Shown here one piece after another: positions 40,423 through 50,797 of a stretch of 64,000 bases of DNA. The stretch's first letter is position 1. Every line of letters begins with the position of its first letter. The notes under the pieces were generated by a model. That model had not been told where the DNA came from, did no database searches, and worked only from the letters and a program-made list of their open reading frames with translations. A program made the position numbers and the translations under genes. The stretch is from NCBI RefSeq assembly GCF_013149785.1, contig NZ_JABEZU010000003.1, positions 248,001-312,000 on the forward strand. The letters are read 5' to 3'. Origin of the DNA: Isoptericola halotolerans (lineage in GTDB: Bacteria; Actinomycetota; Actinomycetes; Actinomycetales; Cellulomonadaceae).

Positions 40423-41298
40423 TTACCGCACCGTCGGCGCGGCTGCCGCGAGCTGCCCGCGCAGCACCCAGAAGTGGTCGACGGGACCACGGCCGCGGCC
40501 GACGTGCAGAGCGTCACCGGCAGCGATCGCCCCGGCGAGCCACGACTTGGTCTCCCGCAGCGCGTCCCCCCAGTCGCCGCTGCGCACGTACCGGGTGACC
40601 AGACCGCTGGACAGCGAGCATCCCGTGCCGTGGGTGCTGGAGGTCGTCAGCCGTTCGCCCGAGACCTCGAGAACCGGGCCGTGGGCCCCGACGAGCGCGT
40701 CCGGGACGAGGTCACCGTCCAGGTGCCCACCCTTGGCCACGACGAGGACCTGGTGGCGTTCGGCGAGCAGTGCCGCCTGGTCCAGCACCCGCTCCCACCG
40801 GGTGGCGACGGGCTCGCCGAGCAGGACGGCCAGCTCGGGCGTGTTGGGGGTGACCACGTCGGCCCGCGCGAGCAGCCGGCGCAGCGCCTCCTCGCCGGCG
40901 GCGTCCAGGAGGCGGTCACCCGACGTGGCGACCATGACAGGGTCCACGACCACCGGTGGGCGCCCGGCGCCGCCGAGCCCGCCCAGCCAGTCGTCGACGA
41001 CCTGCACCACCTCGGCCGTCGCCAGCATGCCGATCTTGACCCCGTCGAGGGTGACGTCGGCGCACAGCGTCTCAAGCTGTTCGGCGAGGAACGACGCCGG
41101 CGGCACGTGCACGGCGCTCACCCCCGTCGTGCTCTGGGCGGTGAGCGCCGTCACGACGGCCATGCCGTACCCGCCGGCGGCGGCCACGGACTTCAGGTCG
41201 GCCTGGATCCCCGCTCCCCCGCCGGGGTCGGACCCGGCGACGGACAGGACCCTGGGCACCTGCTCGGGCGACGAGACGGTGGGCAGCGTCGACGGCAT
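40423..41298 (-). CDS. thiD: Hydroxymethylpyrimidine/phosphomethylpyrimidine kinase
   Basis: [59 protein letters not shown]. Confidence 0.95.
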   Translation of the reverse strand: MPSTLPTVSSPEQVPRVLSVAGSDPGGGAGIQADLKSVAAAGGYGMAVVTALTAQSTTGVSAVHVPPASFLAEQLETLCADVTLDGVKIGMLATAEVVQVVDDWLGGLGGAGRPPVVVDPVMVATSGDRLLDAAGEEALRRLLARADVVTPNTPELAVLLGEPVATRWERVLDQAALLAERHQVLVVAKGGHLDGDLVPDALVGAHGPVLEVSGERLTTSSTHGTGCSLSSGLVTRYVRSGDWGDALRETKSWLAGAIAAGDALHVGRGRGPVDHFWVLRGQLAAAAPTVR

Positions 41299-41301
41299 GG
41301 G

Positions 41302-41380
41302 CGACATCCCTTCGTCAGTGCGGACTGCATCAGGTTCGACGGGTGTGATCTCAGCTCCCGGTGGGCGCACCCCGTGTCGT
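41302..41380 (-). ncRNA. TPP riboswitch
   Basis: Minus strand reads GACACGGGGTGC..GCTGAGATCACACCCGTCGAACCTGAT..GAAGGGATGTC directly upstream of thiD. Confidence 0.93.
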
Positions 41381-41518
41381 GAGGACACCGTAGCGCCCGT
41401 CCGCGAGACGGTGTCTCACCGAACGCGCCCGTGCGCGTCACCGGCGAGATTGCCGATGCCCCGCCACGGCGTCCGGGCGGAGCCTGTCGGGGCAGTCATC
41501 CGTCAGAGAGGACGAACC

Positions 41519-42415
41519 ATGCAGCACTCATCGATCAGGTCCAGGGCCGCCCGACGTGTCACCGCCGCGCTGGCCTCCCTCACGGTCGCGGTGGGCCTCG
41601 GCGCCGCCTCCGGCTCCGTGGCCCAGGCGGCGGACAACCCGTACGAGCGCGGTCCGGCACCGAGCGAGTCGAGCATCGAGGCCACCCGCGGCCACTACGC
41701 CGTCTCCGAGCGCAACGTCTCGCGCTTCGTCTCCGGGTTCGGCGGCGGCACGATCTACTACCCCACGACCACCAGCGACGGGACCTTCGGTGCCGTCGTG
41801 GTCTCGCCGGGCTACACGGGTACCGAGAGCAGCATCGACTGGCTCGGGCCCCGCCTCGCGTCCCAGGGCTTCGTCGTGCTGACGATGGCCACGAACACGA
41901 TCTACGACCAGCCCGACTCGCGGGCACGCCAGCTCCAGGCCGCCCTCGACTACCTCACGGGGTCGAGCCCTGTCGCCGACCGGATCGACGACGACCGCCT
42001 GGCGCTCATGGGTCACTCCATGGGCGGCGGGGGCACGCTGCGCGCCGTGGACGACAACCCGGACATCAAGGCCGCCATCCCCATGACTCCGTGGCACACC
42101 AAGAAGAACTGGTCGACGGTCACGACGCCGACCCTGGTCTTCGCCGCGGAGAACGACTCGGTGGCACGGCACGAGACCCATGCCGAACCGTTCTACAACT
42201 CGTTCAGCGACGACCTGCCCAAGGCGTACCTCGAGCTCGACGGGGCCAGCCACTTCGCGCCCAACTTCTCGAACACCACGATCGCGAAGTACTCGATCTC
42301 GTGGCTCAAGAGGTTCGTGGACGACGACAGCCGGTACACCCAGTTCCTGTGCCCCGGACCCTCGACCGGGCTGTTCTCGCCGGTCGAGAAGTACGAGAGC
42401 TCCTGCCCGTTCTGA
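41519..42415 (+). CDS. Secreted cutinase/polyester (PET) hydrolase-like lipase
   Basis: Signal peptide ending [83 protein letters not shown]. Confidence 0.95.
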   Translation: MQHSSIRSRAARRVTAALASLTVAVGLGAASGSVAQAADNPYERGPAPSESSIEATRGHYAVSERNVSRFVSGFGGGTIYYPTTTSDGTFGAVVVSPGYTGTESSIDWLGPRLASQGFVVLTMATNTIYDQPDSRARQLQAALDYLTGSSPVADRIDDDRLALMGHSMGGGGTLRAVDDNPDIKAAIPMTPWHTKKNWSTVTTPTLVFAAENDSVARHETHAEPFYNSFSDDLPKAYLELDGASHFAPNFSNTTIAKYSISWLKRFVDDDSRYTQFLCPGPSTGLFSPVEKYESSCPF

Positions 42416-42431
42416 TCGCCGGACCGCACCC

Positions 42432-42473
42432 GGTCGGTGGGTGGCCGAGCCGCGGCTCGGCCACCCACCGACC
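42432..42473. terminator. Perfect 42-bp palindrome after the cutinase gene
   Basis: GGTCGGTGGGTGGCCGAGCCG|CGGCTCGGCCACCCACCGACC. Confidence 0.7.
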
Positions 42474-42529
42474 TGTGCAGCGGCACAAGCCCCGATGGCG
42501 CTCGCGCCTCGCGCCCCTAGCCTCTGGCC

Positions 42530-43999
42530 ATGGAGACGACCTCGGCGACCCGCGGACGGGTCGAGCTGGCCCGCGGCCTGCGCCTGCACGCGCAGGGGCC
42601 GGCTTCCGACGCCTGCGCCAGCCTCGCCCTCGCTCGCGCCGGGCTCACCGCCCGCCCGGGTTCGGCACCCTCGCAGTCGGCGGCCACCGCGGCGCTGTGC
42701 GCCGTCGACGCCGCCTGGGCGGCCGGAGACCTCCCGGTCTGCGTCGAGACCGTGCGGGAAGGCCTCGCAGCGCTGCGGCACGCTCATGGCACGGCGCACG
42801 ACTACCTGACGGGGCTCCTCGCGCTGCTCGAGGGGCGCGAGGGGTCCGCGGCGCTGCAGCGCGTCGTGCGGCGGTCCCGGGACAGACACGACGGAGAGAC
42901 GCTGCTGCGGGGGGCATCGGCGGCCCTGTTGACCGGTGACCTCGTGGCAGCGTGCCGCGCCGGGGCGCAGGCCCTGGCCCGTGCTCGCTCGACCGACGAC
43001 GTCTCCCTCGTCGCCCGCGCCACCGAGCACCTCGCCTATGCCGAGCTGAGGGCCGGGCGCCATGCGCAGGCTCGCGAGCACGCCGAGACCGGCTGGCAGG
43101 CCGCGGTCCGGTCGGGGCGCGTGAACACCGCCGCGCACCTCCGGGCCGTCCTGGCCCTGGTGGCCTCGGTGCAGGGCCCCTCGTCCGAGGTCGCCGACCA
43201 CGCGGCCGCCGCGTCGCGCACCGCACGGCAGCACGGGCTCGCGCCACCGGTGACCCTCGCCGAGTGGGCCCTGGCTCGTGCAGAGCTCGCCGACGGACGC
43301 CCCGCCGACGCCGCGACGCGGCTCGGCTCGCTCGTCGCGCCGGTGGACGGCGGGGCCCACTTCGCCCTGCGTGGTCTCGTCCTGCCCACGCTCGTGGAGG
43401 CGGCCGTCGCGGCCGGGGACCCCGCGCGGGCACGGGCGGTGCTCCCCGAGCTCGAGTCCTGGGGCCGTTCGGCCGCCGACCCGCTCGCCCCGGCGTTGCG
43501 GCTGCGATGCCGGGCGCTGCTCGCGCCCGAGCCCGGGCAGGTCGACGACCTCTATGCCCGTGCTCACCTCGCGCACCTCGAGGCCGCCGGTGACTTCGAG
43601 CGTGCCCGTACCTTGCTGCTGCACGGGATGTGGCTGCGTCGGCAGCGACGACCCGGCGAGGCACGCGGACGGTTGGGGGCTGCCCTCCAGCTCCTCGAAC
43701 GCTGCGGCGCCGAGCTCTGGGCGGGGCCGGCCCGTGCCGAGCTCCGTGCAGCCGGCGCCGCCCCGCGCGCGCCGGAGCCGGACGGGTCGGCGCCCGACGG
43801 ACTGGCCGGCCTGACACCCCATCAGGCACGGATCGCCCGGTGCGTGGCCACGGGCGAGACGAACCGCGAGATCGCCGCCCGGCTGGCGGTCAGCGTCCGC
43901 ACCGTCGACTGCCACCTGCGCAACATCTTCGCCGCCCTCGGAGTGCGCTCACGCGTCGAGCTGGCCCGCCGGGTACCGACCGCTCCGGACGCCCCCTAG
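42530..43999 (+). CDS. LuxR-HTH regulator (LipR/LAL-like, lacking the N-terminal ATPase)
   Basis: Helical-repeat body, FERARTLLLHGMWLRRQRR, WAGPARAELRAAG; C-terminal LTPHQARIARCVATGETNREIAARLAVSVRTVDCHLRNIF. Confidence 0.85.
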   Translation: METTSATRGRVELARGLRLHAQGPASDACASLALARAGLTARPGSAPSQSAATAALCAVDAAWAAGDLPVCVETVREGLAALRHAHGTAHDYLTGLLALLEGREGSAALQRVVRRSRDRHDGETLLRGASAALLTGDLVAACRAGAQALARARSTDDVSLVARATEHLAYAELRAGRHAQAREHAETGWQAAVRSGRVNTAAHLRAVLALVASVQGPSSEVADHAAAASRTARQHGLAPPVTLAEWALARAELADGRPADAATRLGSLVAPVDGGAHFALRGLVLPTLVEAAVAAGDPARARAVLPELESWGRSAADPLAPALRLRCRALLAPEPGQVDDLYARAHLAHLEAAGDFERARTLLLHGMWLRRQRRPGEARGRLGAALQLLERCGAELWAGPARAELRAAGAAPRAPEPDGSAPDGLAGLTPHQARIARCVATGETNREIAARLAVSVRTVDCHLRNIFAALGVRSRVELARRVPTAPDAP

Positions 44000-44067
44000 A
44001 GACCGACCGGCCGGTATGCCATCCTGGGGCGACGGGACGACGACGTGGTCGTCCGGGAGGAGGAGTC

Positions 44068-44868
44068 ATGCCCGACACGGCCGTGGCCGCCCCGTCCGTC
44101 CGCCAGGAGGCGAGCCGGGACCGTCGTGACCCGCCCTGGTCCCGCCACCGGCTCGTCGCCTCGCTGCTCGACGGCTCCTGCCCGCTGGCCGACCTGCGCC
44201 GCGCTGCCGTCGCCCTGGGGATGCCGCTCGTCGGGTCCTACCGGGTGGTGGCCCTGCACGCTTCCGGGCAGGCTCGTCGTGCCGCCGGACGGGCCGCTCT
44301 CGGCACCGCCCACGGCCACGTCCACTGGCACGGTTCGCGGCCCGTCGAGCACGCGATCGTCCTGCTCGGCGACCCGGACCGGCCGGACCTCGTCGACGAG
44401 CACCAGGTCGCAGCGCTTCCGGCGGGCGTCCGCATCGGCGTCAGCATGCCCGTCGAGGGCCTCGCCGCCCTGACCGACGCGCGACGTCAGGCGGTCAGCG
44501 CGCTGCACCTGTGCCCTCCGCAGGGAGGGTACGTCGACCTGTCCGCGCACCTGCCGGCCGCCGTGCTCGACGCCGACCCGGCACTTGCCGACCGGCTCCG
44601 CACACAGGTCCTCGGCCCGCTGGCGACCGCAGGACCGGACCACACCCTCCTGCTCGACACGTTCGCGGCATGGGTGGACTCGGACGGTTCGACCCGGGAG
44701 GCGGCACGGCGTCTCGACTGCCACCGCAACACCGTGACCAACCGCCTGCACCGGCTCGAACGGCTGACCGGGCGGCGCGTCGACAGGCCCGCCGACCTCG
44801 TCGACCTGACGCTCGCCCTGGCCGCCCACCGACGCACGCGGCGTCAGCACGACGGCCAGCCGCGCTGA
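44068..44868 (+). CDS. PucR/CdaR-family regulator
   Basis: RIGVS; C-terminal LLDTFAAWVDSDGSTREAARRLDCHRNTVTNRLHRLERLTG; strong GGAGGAGG RBS. Confidence 0.85.
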   Translation: MPDTAVAAPSVRQEASRDRRDPPWSRHRLVASLLDGSCPLADLRRAAVALGMPLVGSYRVVALHASGQARRAAGRAALGTAHGHVHWHGSRPVEHAIVLLGDPDRPDLVDEHQVAALPAGVRIGVSMPVEGLAALTDARRQAVSALHLCPPQGGYVDLSAHLPAAVLDADPALADRLRTQVLGPLATAGPDHTLLLDTFAAWVDSDGSTREAARRLDCHRNTVTNRLHRLERLTGRRVDRPADLVDLTLALAAHRRTRRQHDGQPR

Positions 44869-44878
44869 CGGCCTGGCG

Positions 44879-45883
44879 TCAGGCGCCAGGGATCACCCGA
44901 CGCACCGTGTCACCGAGCGTGACCACACCGGTCAGCCTCCCGGCGTCCATCACGACCGCCAGCTGTTCGCTGGCGCGCCGCATCCCCGACAACGCCTCGT
45001 GCACGGCTTGCTCAGGACGCAGGACGAAGGCCGGCCGTGCCAGCTCGCGAGCCGGCCGCTCGGGCGGCTCGAGAAGCGTGTCGCGCACGTGCAGCACCCG
45101 CGGAGCACCCTCGTCGCTCTCGACGAGGATCCTCAGGTGCCCCGACCGCCGTGACGCCTCCTGGACGTCGGCGACGGTCGCCGTCGTCGGCACCGCCGTC
45201 GGGCGTGACCGGCCCGCCACGAGGGACGACACCTGCTGGGTCGTCAGGTCCAGCGCGCCGGACAACGGCGTCCTGATCGAGGCGTCGATCGCGCCCACCT
45301 CGGCAGAGTGCTCCACCAGGTGCCGGATCGTGGCGGCGTCCTGACCGCCGACGGCGGCGCGGTCCACCGGCTCGACGCCGGAGGCGGCGACGAGCCGGTT
45401 GGCCACCCCGTTGATCCACAGCAGCAGAGGGCGGAACACCCAGATGAAGGCGCGCGCCGGGGGCGAGACGAGGATCGCCGAACGTTCCGGGTGGGCGATC
45501 GCCCAGGACTTGGGTGCCATCTCCCCCACGACCAGGTGCAGGAAGGTGACCAGCAGCAACGACAGCCCGAACGACGCGACATCGGCCAGCCAGTACGGCA
45601 GGCCCCACGACTCCAGCACCGGTGTCAGCCAGTGGTCCACCGCGGGCTTGGTCACCGCCCCGAGCGCGAACGTGCAGGCCGTGATGCCGAGCTGTGCGCC
45701 CGCGAGCATCACGGTCAGCTCGTTGACACCCCGCAGCGCCGCCCGTGCCCCGCGGCTGGTCGTCGCACTCTCCTCGAGGCGATGACGACGCGCACCGAGC
45801 AGCGCGAACTCGATGACGACGAAGAACGCGCTCAGCGCGATCAGACCCGCGGTGACCGCGGTCACCACCCAGGGGTTGCTCAT
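44879..45883 (-). CDS. CNNM/DUF21-CBS protein
   Basis: SAFFVVIEFAL, AGAQLGIT, LHLVVGEMAPKSWAI; degenerate CBS pair. Confidence 0.88.
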   Translation of the reverse strand: MSNPWVVTAVTAGLIALSAFFVVIEFALLGARRHRLEESATTSRGARAALRGVNELTVMLAGAQLGITACTFALGAVTKPAVDHWLTPVLESWGLPYWLADVASFGLSLLLVTFLHLVVGEMAPKSWAIAHPERSAILVSPPARAFIWVFRPLLLWINGVANRLVAASGVEPVDRAAVGGQDAATIRHLVEHSAEVGAIDASIRTPLSGALDLTTQQVSSLVAGRSRPTAVPTTATVADVQEASRRSGHLRILVESDEGAPRVLHVRDTLLEPPERPARELARPAFVLRPEQAVHEALSGMRRASEQLAVVMDAGRLTGVVTLGDTVRRVIPGA

Positions 45884-47277
45884 CGCAGTCCTCCCTCGTC
45901 CTGGCCGGACCACGAGGTCGCGGCATCGCCGGCCGGCTCGTCGAGCGTCACCCGCACCGTGGCGGGGACCCGGCGTTCGACCTCGAGCACCTCGGCGTGC
46001 AGCATCCGCCGCACGGGTTCCTCCAGCGCGAGGTCCGCAGGGTCCACGGGCAGCTCGATGTCGACGCTCTCCCCGACCTCGGGCAGACCACCGCAGGTCG
46101 CGATGACCAGACCTGCCAGGGTCTCGTAGTCGCCGCGCGGCAGGTCGTGGCCGATGGCCCGCGCCACCTCGTCGAGGTGGACGTCGCCGTCCATGCGCCA
46201 GGCCCCCGGGCCCTCGGCCTCCACGACCTCGTCCTCGTCGAGGTCGTGCTCGTCGGACAGCTCGCCGACCACTTCCTCGGCGAGGTCCTCCAGGGTGAGG
46301 ATGCCGGCGAACCCGCCGTACTCGTCGATGACGCACGCCAGCTCGTCGTGGACGGCCGAGAGCTCCGCCAACGCGTCCGGCAGCATCATGAGCGTGGGCA
46401 CGACGGTGGCCGTCCGCATGATCTGCGACACGGGCCGGTCGTCGTCCGTGCTGGACAGGACGTCGGCCAGGTGCACCACCCCGACCGGCTGGTCCTCCTC
46501 GGAGGTCACCGGGTACCGCGTGTGGGCCGTGGCCATGCGTCCGCGGACCTCCCGGATCGAGTCGTCGACGTCCACGGTGTCGACGCGCGAGCGCGGCACC
46601 ATCGCGTGCTCGACGTCGCGCTGAGGGAAGTCGAGGATCCGGTCGAGCATCATCGACAGGTCTGCGGGCAGGTCGCCGCTCTCGCGCGAGTCGGCCACGA
46701 TGTGCCCGAGGTCTGCGGCGGTCGCGCTGGAGTCGACGTCGTGCACCGGCTCGATGCGCACCAGCCGTAGCAGCGCGTTGGCCGCGTGGTCGAAGACGGT
46801 GATCAACCAGCCGAACGCGGCGAGATAGATCTGCGTCGACCGGGCGAGCCGTCGAGCCAACGGCTCCGGATCGGCGATGGCGAGGTTCTTCGGGTACAGC
46901 TCACCGAAGATCATCTGCAGCACGGTCGAGGCGGCGAGGGCCAGGACGGTGCCGACGGCGACGCTCACGCCGACCGGGACGCCCACGACCCCGAGGATCT
47001 CCCCGAGGCTCACCCCCACGAGGGGTTCGGCGACGTAGCCGACGAGCAGGCCGGTCACCGTGATCCCGAGCTGTGCCCCGGAGAGCATGAACGAAGTGCG
47101 CCGGGTGACCGCGAGCGCCCGCCCCGCGGTGACGTCGCCGGCCTTGGCGGCGGCTCCCAGCCGGGAGCGGTCCACCGACATGTAGGCGAACTCCTGGGCC
47201 ACGAAGTAACCGTTGGCCGCGATGACGATGGCGATGACGACGAACCCCAGCAACAGGGTTCCCACGGTGATCAGCAA
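45880..47277 (-). CDS. Hemolysin-family CNNM-CBS-CorC protein
   Basis: NGYFVAQEFA, SGAQLGIT, FGELYPKN, AMVPR, HTRYPV, VIDEYGG, TLEDLAEEVVGE, YETLAG. Confidence 0.92.
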   Translation of the reverse strand: MLITVGTLLLGFVVIAIVIAANGYFVAQEFAYMSVDRSRLGAAAKAGDVTAGRALAVTRRTSFMLSGAQLGITVTGLLVGYVAEPLVGVSLGEILGVVGVPVGVSVAVGTVLALAASTVLQMIFGELYPKNLAIADPEPLARRLARSTQIYLAAFGWLITVFDHAANALLRLVRIEPVHDVDSSATAADLGHIVADSRESGDLPADLSMMLDRILDFPQRDVEHAMVPRSRVDTVDVDDSIREVRGRMATAHTRYPVTSEEDQPVGVVHLADVLSSTDDDRPVSQIMRTATVVPTLMMLPDALAELSAVHDELACVIDEYGGFAGILTLEDLAEEVVGELSDEHDLDEDEVVEAEGPGAWRMDGDVHLDEVARAIGHDLPRGDYETLAGLVIATCGGLPEVGESVDIELPVDPADLALEEPVRRMLHAEVLEVERRVPATVRVTLDEPAGDAATSWSGQDEGGLR

Positions 47278-47410
47278 CGGGTACCGCCGTTCACCACGGG
47301 GCCGACGGTACCCGGCCTATCATCACTGTCTGCGGATGCCGCAGTTGTGCTCACGAGTTGTTCCACGCCTCCCAGCGAGTTGGTCTGGGCAGGATGATAT
47401 CCGACGCCGG

Positions 47411-49837
47411 TCAGGCGGGCCGCGGGTTCGACAGCACGAGCCGCAGCACGTTGCGGGCGGTGCGCTGCAGCTCGCCCAGCGTGATGCCGTCCGGGCGGGC
47501 GAACGACTCCAGCAGGGACCCGTCACCGCTCTGGACGTCACGGTCCCAGGCTCCGGGCATGTTGACGTCGACCTGGGCACGCACGCGGTAGGCGTCGTTG
47601 CGCAGGGCAGGGAAGTCGGGGTCGGTGGCCTCGCGCAGCCACCAGTCGGTCATCACCGCTCCGGTGAACCCCCACTCGCCGCGCAGCACCGTCGTCACCA
47701 GGTCGTGGTGGTAGTGGCCCCAGGTGCCGTTGATCTTGTTGTACGAGGTCATGATCGTCCGAGGAGCGGCCTCGGTGACGCAGATCTCGAAACCGCGCAG
47801 GTAGATCTCTCGCAGGGCACGCTCGGAGACGCGCGAGTCGTGGTGCTCGCGGTTGGTCTCCTGGTTGTTGGCCGCGAAGTGCTTGGGGCACGCCGCGAGA
47901 CCGGCGTGCTGGATGCCGCGCACGGTGGCCGCACCCATCCGGCCGGTGAGCAGCGGGTCCTCGGAGAAGTACTCGAAGTTGCGACCGCACAGGGGGTCGC
48001 GCTGGATGTTCATCCCGGGCGCGAGCAGGACGTCCGAGCCCTTGGCCTCCATCTCCTGGGCGAGCAGCGTGTTCAGCCGTTCGACCAGGTCCGGGTTCCA
48101 GGTGGAGGCGAGCGCGGTCCCGCAGGGCAGGAGCGAGGTGTGGGTCGCCAGCCGGATGCCGGCCGGGCCGTCGGTGGTGGTCAGCGCGCGCACGCCCTTG
48201 GCGCGCAGCGAGGCCACGGTGCCACCCAGAGCGCCGGCGTTGCCCGGCGCGCCCAGGGCGGAGTCCATGACGTAGTCGCCTCGGCTGAGGGCCTCGAGCT
48301 CGTCGTCGTCGAGCTGGGCGAGGAAGGTGTCCAGGTTCGCGTGACCGCCGGCGACGTCGTCGAGCGTGATGCCGAGGTCGCCGGTGCGGTCCAGAGGCTT
48401 CGGCAGGTTCGCCGTCACACGGTCGCGCCGGGAGACCGTGGCGACCGGCACGGGGCGGTGCTCGGCGAGGGTGCCGTCGTCGCCGGCCCGGGCCACGAGA
48501 CGGTCGAAGACGTGCTCGGGACGCACGGCCGCGACCTCGCTGAGGCGGCGCACGACCCGCAGCTCTGGCACCTCGACCGTGCCGCAGGCACGTGCCGAGC
48601 GCACGTCCGTGCCCACGAGCACCTCGTAGCCTCCGGCCTCGAGGACGAAGGCGGACCGGTGCCCGGTGACCCCGGCGTCGTCGTAAGCGGCGACGTCGTC
48701 CAGGTCGAAGGCGAGCTCGAGCGTCTGGGACTCCCCCGGCGCGAGCGACCGCGTCTTGGCGAACGCGGCGAGGTGCCGGGCCGGTCGGCCGAGCAGGCCG
48801 TGCGGTGCGCGCACGTACACCTGGACGACCTCGGTGCCGGACCGCGCCCCGGTGTTGGTGACCTCGACCGGCACGACCACGCGGCCGGCGTCGTGCGTGG
48901 CGCCCGGCGCACGCAGGTCGAAGCTCGTGTAGCTCAGGCCGAAGCCGAACGGGTAGAGCACCCGCTCGGGGGCGAACGTCTCGAAGTAGCGGTATCCGAC
49001 GTAGACGTCCTCGACGTACTCGTTGTGCTCGTGCCCGCCGAAGTGCCCGGCGGTCGGGTAGTGCTCGTAGCGCTCGGCGATGGTCGCGGTGAGCTTGCCG
49101 CCGGCGGGCACGGCGCCGGTGAGCACGTCGACGACGGCGCGCCCGGACTCCATGCCGCCCTGCCAGGCGAGCAGCACGGCGTCGAGGTCGTACTCCTGGG
49201 TCCAGGCGAGGTCGATGACGTTGCCGGTGTCGACCACGGCGATCGTGTGCTCGAACGCGGCGGTCACGCGCTCCAGGAGGGTGCGCTCGTCGTCGGTGAG
49301 GTGGAAGCTGCCCGGCTCGAGGGCCTGCTCGCGTGCCTCGCCGGCGGAGCGGCCGATGACGACCAGGGCGAGGGGCGTGCGGGCGGCGACCGCGGTGACC
49401 TCGTCGGCCGACAGCGGCATCTCGGGGTGCGAGCGCGGCCAGGTGCCCCACTCCGGCTCGGCCTCCACGGGGTTCTCCGCGCACCAGGCGGTGTAGCGCT
49501 CGGCGAGCGGGGCGTCGACCTCGACGACGTCGCTGACGCGCAGCGCGTCCAGGAGGTTCCACCGGTAGGGCGGGCGCACGTCCCCGCCGGAGCCGTAGCC
49601 GACGGTGAAGTAGTCCTGCTGGACGCGGCCGAAGACGGCGATGGTAGCGCTCCCAGCGACAGGCAGCAGACCGCCGTCGTTCTTCAGCAGCACGATGCCC
49701 TCGGCGGCGGCCCGGCGGCAGGTCTCACCCATCCCGTCCGGGATCCACCGGTCGTCGGACCGGAGCTGCACGCGCCCCTGGGCGAGCTGGTCGGTGCTGT
49801 GCGCGGCCACGCCGATGCCTGCTTCTCGTTCGATCAC
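47411..49837 (-). CDS. GH3 beta-glucosidase with permuted domain order
   Basis: EGIVLLKN, GYGSGG, Y.EDVYVGYRYF, YPFGFGLSYT and EVVQVY (sandwich and Fn3 domains) come first. The barrel motifs DGPAGIR, P.CGRNFEYFSEDP, KHFAANNQE, MTSYNKING and VMTDWW come last. Confidence 0.92.
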   Translation of the reverse strand: MIEREAGIGVAAHSTDQLAQGRVQLRSDDRWIPDGMGETCRRAAAEGIVLLKNDGGLLPVAGSATIAVFGRVQQDYFTVGYGSGGDVRPPYRWNLLDALRVSDVVEVDAPLAERYTAWCAENPVEAEPEWGTWPRSHPEMPLSADEVTAVAARTPLALVVIGRSAGEAREQALEPGSFHLTDDERTLLERVTAAFEHTIAVVDTGNVIDLAWTQEYDLDAVLLAWQGGMESGRAVVDVLTGAVPAGGKLTATIAERYEHYPTAGHFGGHEHNEYVEDVYVGYRYFETFAPERVLYPFGFGLSYTSFDLRAPGATHDAGRVVVPVEVTNTGARSGTEVVQVYVRAPHGLLGRPARHLAAFAKTRSLAPGESQTLELAFDLDDVAAYDDAGVTGHRSAFVLEAGGYEVLVGTDVRSARACGTVEVPELRVVRRLSEVAAVRPEHVFDRLVARAGDDGTLAEHRPVPVATVSRRDRVTANLPKPLDRTGDLGITLDDVAGGHANLDTFLAQLDDDELEALSRGDYVMDSALGAPGNAGALGGTVASLRAKGVRALTTTDGPAGIRLATHTSLLPCGTALASTWNPDLVERLNTLLAQEMEAKGSDVLLAPGMNIQRDPLCGRNFEYFSEDPLLTGRMGAATVRGIQHAGLAACPKHFAANNQETNREHHDSRVSERALREIYLRGFEICVTEAAPRTIMTSYNKINGTWGHYHHDLVTTVLRGEWGFTGAVMTDWWLREATDPDFPALRNDAYRVRAQVDVNMPGAWDRDVQSGDGSLLESFARPDGITLGELQRTARNVLRLVLSNPRPA

Positions 49838-49870
49838 GCCCAGTACTCTACGCGGCCGCGCACCAGGGGT

Positions 49871-50299
49871 TCAGCCGTCGACGACGGAGACGCGCACGTC
49901 GATGTTCCCGCGCGTGGCGTTCGAGTACGGGCAGACCCGCTCGGCGGCGTCCGCGAGCGCCTGCGCCTGGTCGGCCGGCAGCCCGGGGACGACGACCTCC
50001 AGCTCGACGGCCAGCCCGAAGCCACCCCGGCCGTCCGGTCCGACATGGACACGTGCCCCCACGGAGGTGTCGTGCAGGCGGACCTTCTGGGCCCGCGCCA
50101 CGGCCTGGAGCGCGGAGTGGAAGCACGCCGCGTAGCCGGCGGCGAAGAGCTGCTCGGGGTTGGCACCGTCGCCCGAGCCGCCCATCGGCTTCGGGACGGC
50201 CATCTCGAGGTCGACGCGGCCGTCGTCCGAACGGACGTGGCCGTCGCGGCCCGCTCCGGTGGACAGGGCCTCGGCGGTGTAGGTGATGGAGGTGGGCAT
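49871..50299 (-). CDS. ohr: Organic hydroperoxide resistance protein
   Basis: GRDG, NPEQLFAAGYAACF, VCPYSNATRGNI. Confidence 0.95.
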   Translation of the reverse strand: MPTSITYTAEALSTGAGRDGHVRSDDGRVDLEMAVPKPMGGSGDGANPEQLFAAGYAACFHSALQAVARAQKVRLHDTSVGARVHVGPDGRGGFGLAVELEVVVPGLPADQAQALADAAERVCPYSNATRGNIDVRVSVVDG

Positions 50300-50331
50300 G
50301 GTGGAGTTCCTCTCGACGTCGGTGGTGCGGC

Positions 50332-50787
50332 TCAGGAGCCGGCGAGGCGGGGCAGCCGGGCGGTCGCGGCGTGCAGACGCCTCAGGAGGTCCTGGGCCTC
50401 GTCCGGGTCGCCGGGCATCCGTTCGGCGAGGCACCGCTGCAGGTCGGCCAGCTCGGTGCGCAGGCCGTGGCCGTCGTCGGTGAGCGAGACCATGACGACC
50501 CGCTCGTCGTCCGTGGCGCGGTGCCGCGCGACCAGGCCGCGCGCCTCCAGCCGTTTGACCAGCGGTGACAGCGTTCCCGAATCGAGGTCCAGCAGCCGCC
50601 CGAGCTCACCGATGGTGAGCGGCACGTCCTGGTTGGCCCCGAGCACGGTCAGCACCAGGTACTGGGTGTAGGTCAGGCCCCACGGTGCGAGCAGCTCGGC
50701 GTAGACGCGCCCGATCCGACGCTCCAGGGAGTACACGGCGAAGCAGAGCATCGGGTCGAGGGCGGAGGATCCTCCGGCGTCCGGCAT
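50332..50787 (-). CDS. ohrR: MarR-family peroxide sensor OhrR
   Basis: LCFAVYS, GLTYTQYLVL, LDSGTLSPLVKRLE, DERVV; directly upstream of ohr. Confidence 0.92.
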   Translation of the reverse strand: MPDAGGSSALDPMLCFAVYSLERRIGRVYAELLAPWGLTYTQYLVLTVLGANQDVPLTIGELGRLLDLDSGTLSPLVKRLEARGLVARHRATDDERVVMVSLTDDGHGLRTELADLQRCLAERMPGDPDEAQDLLRRLHAATARLPRLAGS

Positions 50788-50797
50788 GCCAGCGATG

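Noticed and set aside
38289..40517. N-terminal extension giving a 1354-aa ABC protein
   Set aside because: It is out-of-frame overlap with the neighbouring ABC gene; the true start is at about 38288.
39482..41518. Apparent 977-aa cutinase fusion
   Set aside because: The upstream part overlaps the ABC and thiD genes antisense; the real gene starts at ATG 41519 with a signal peptide.
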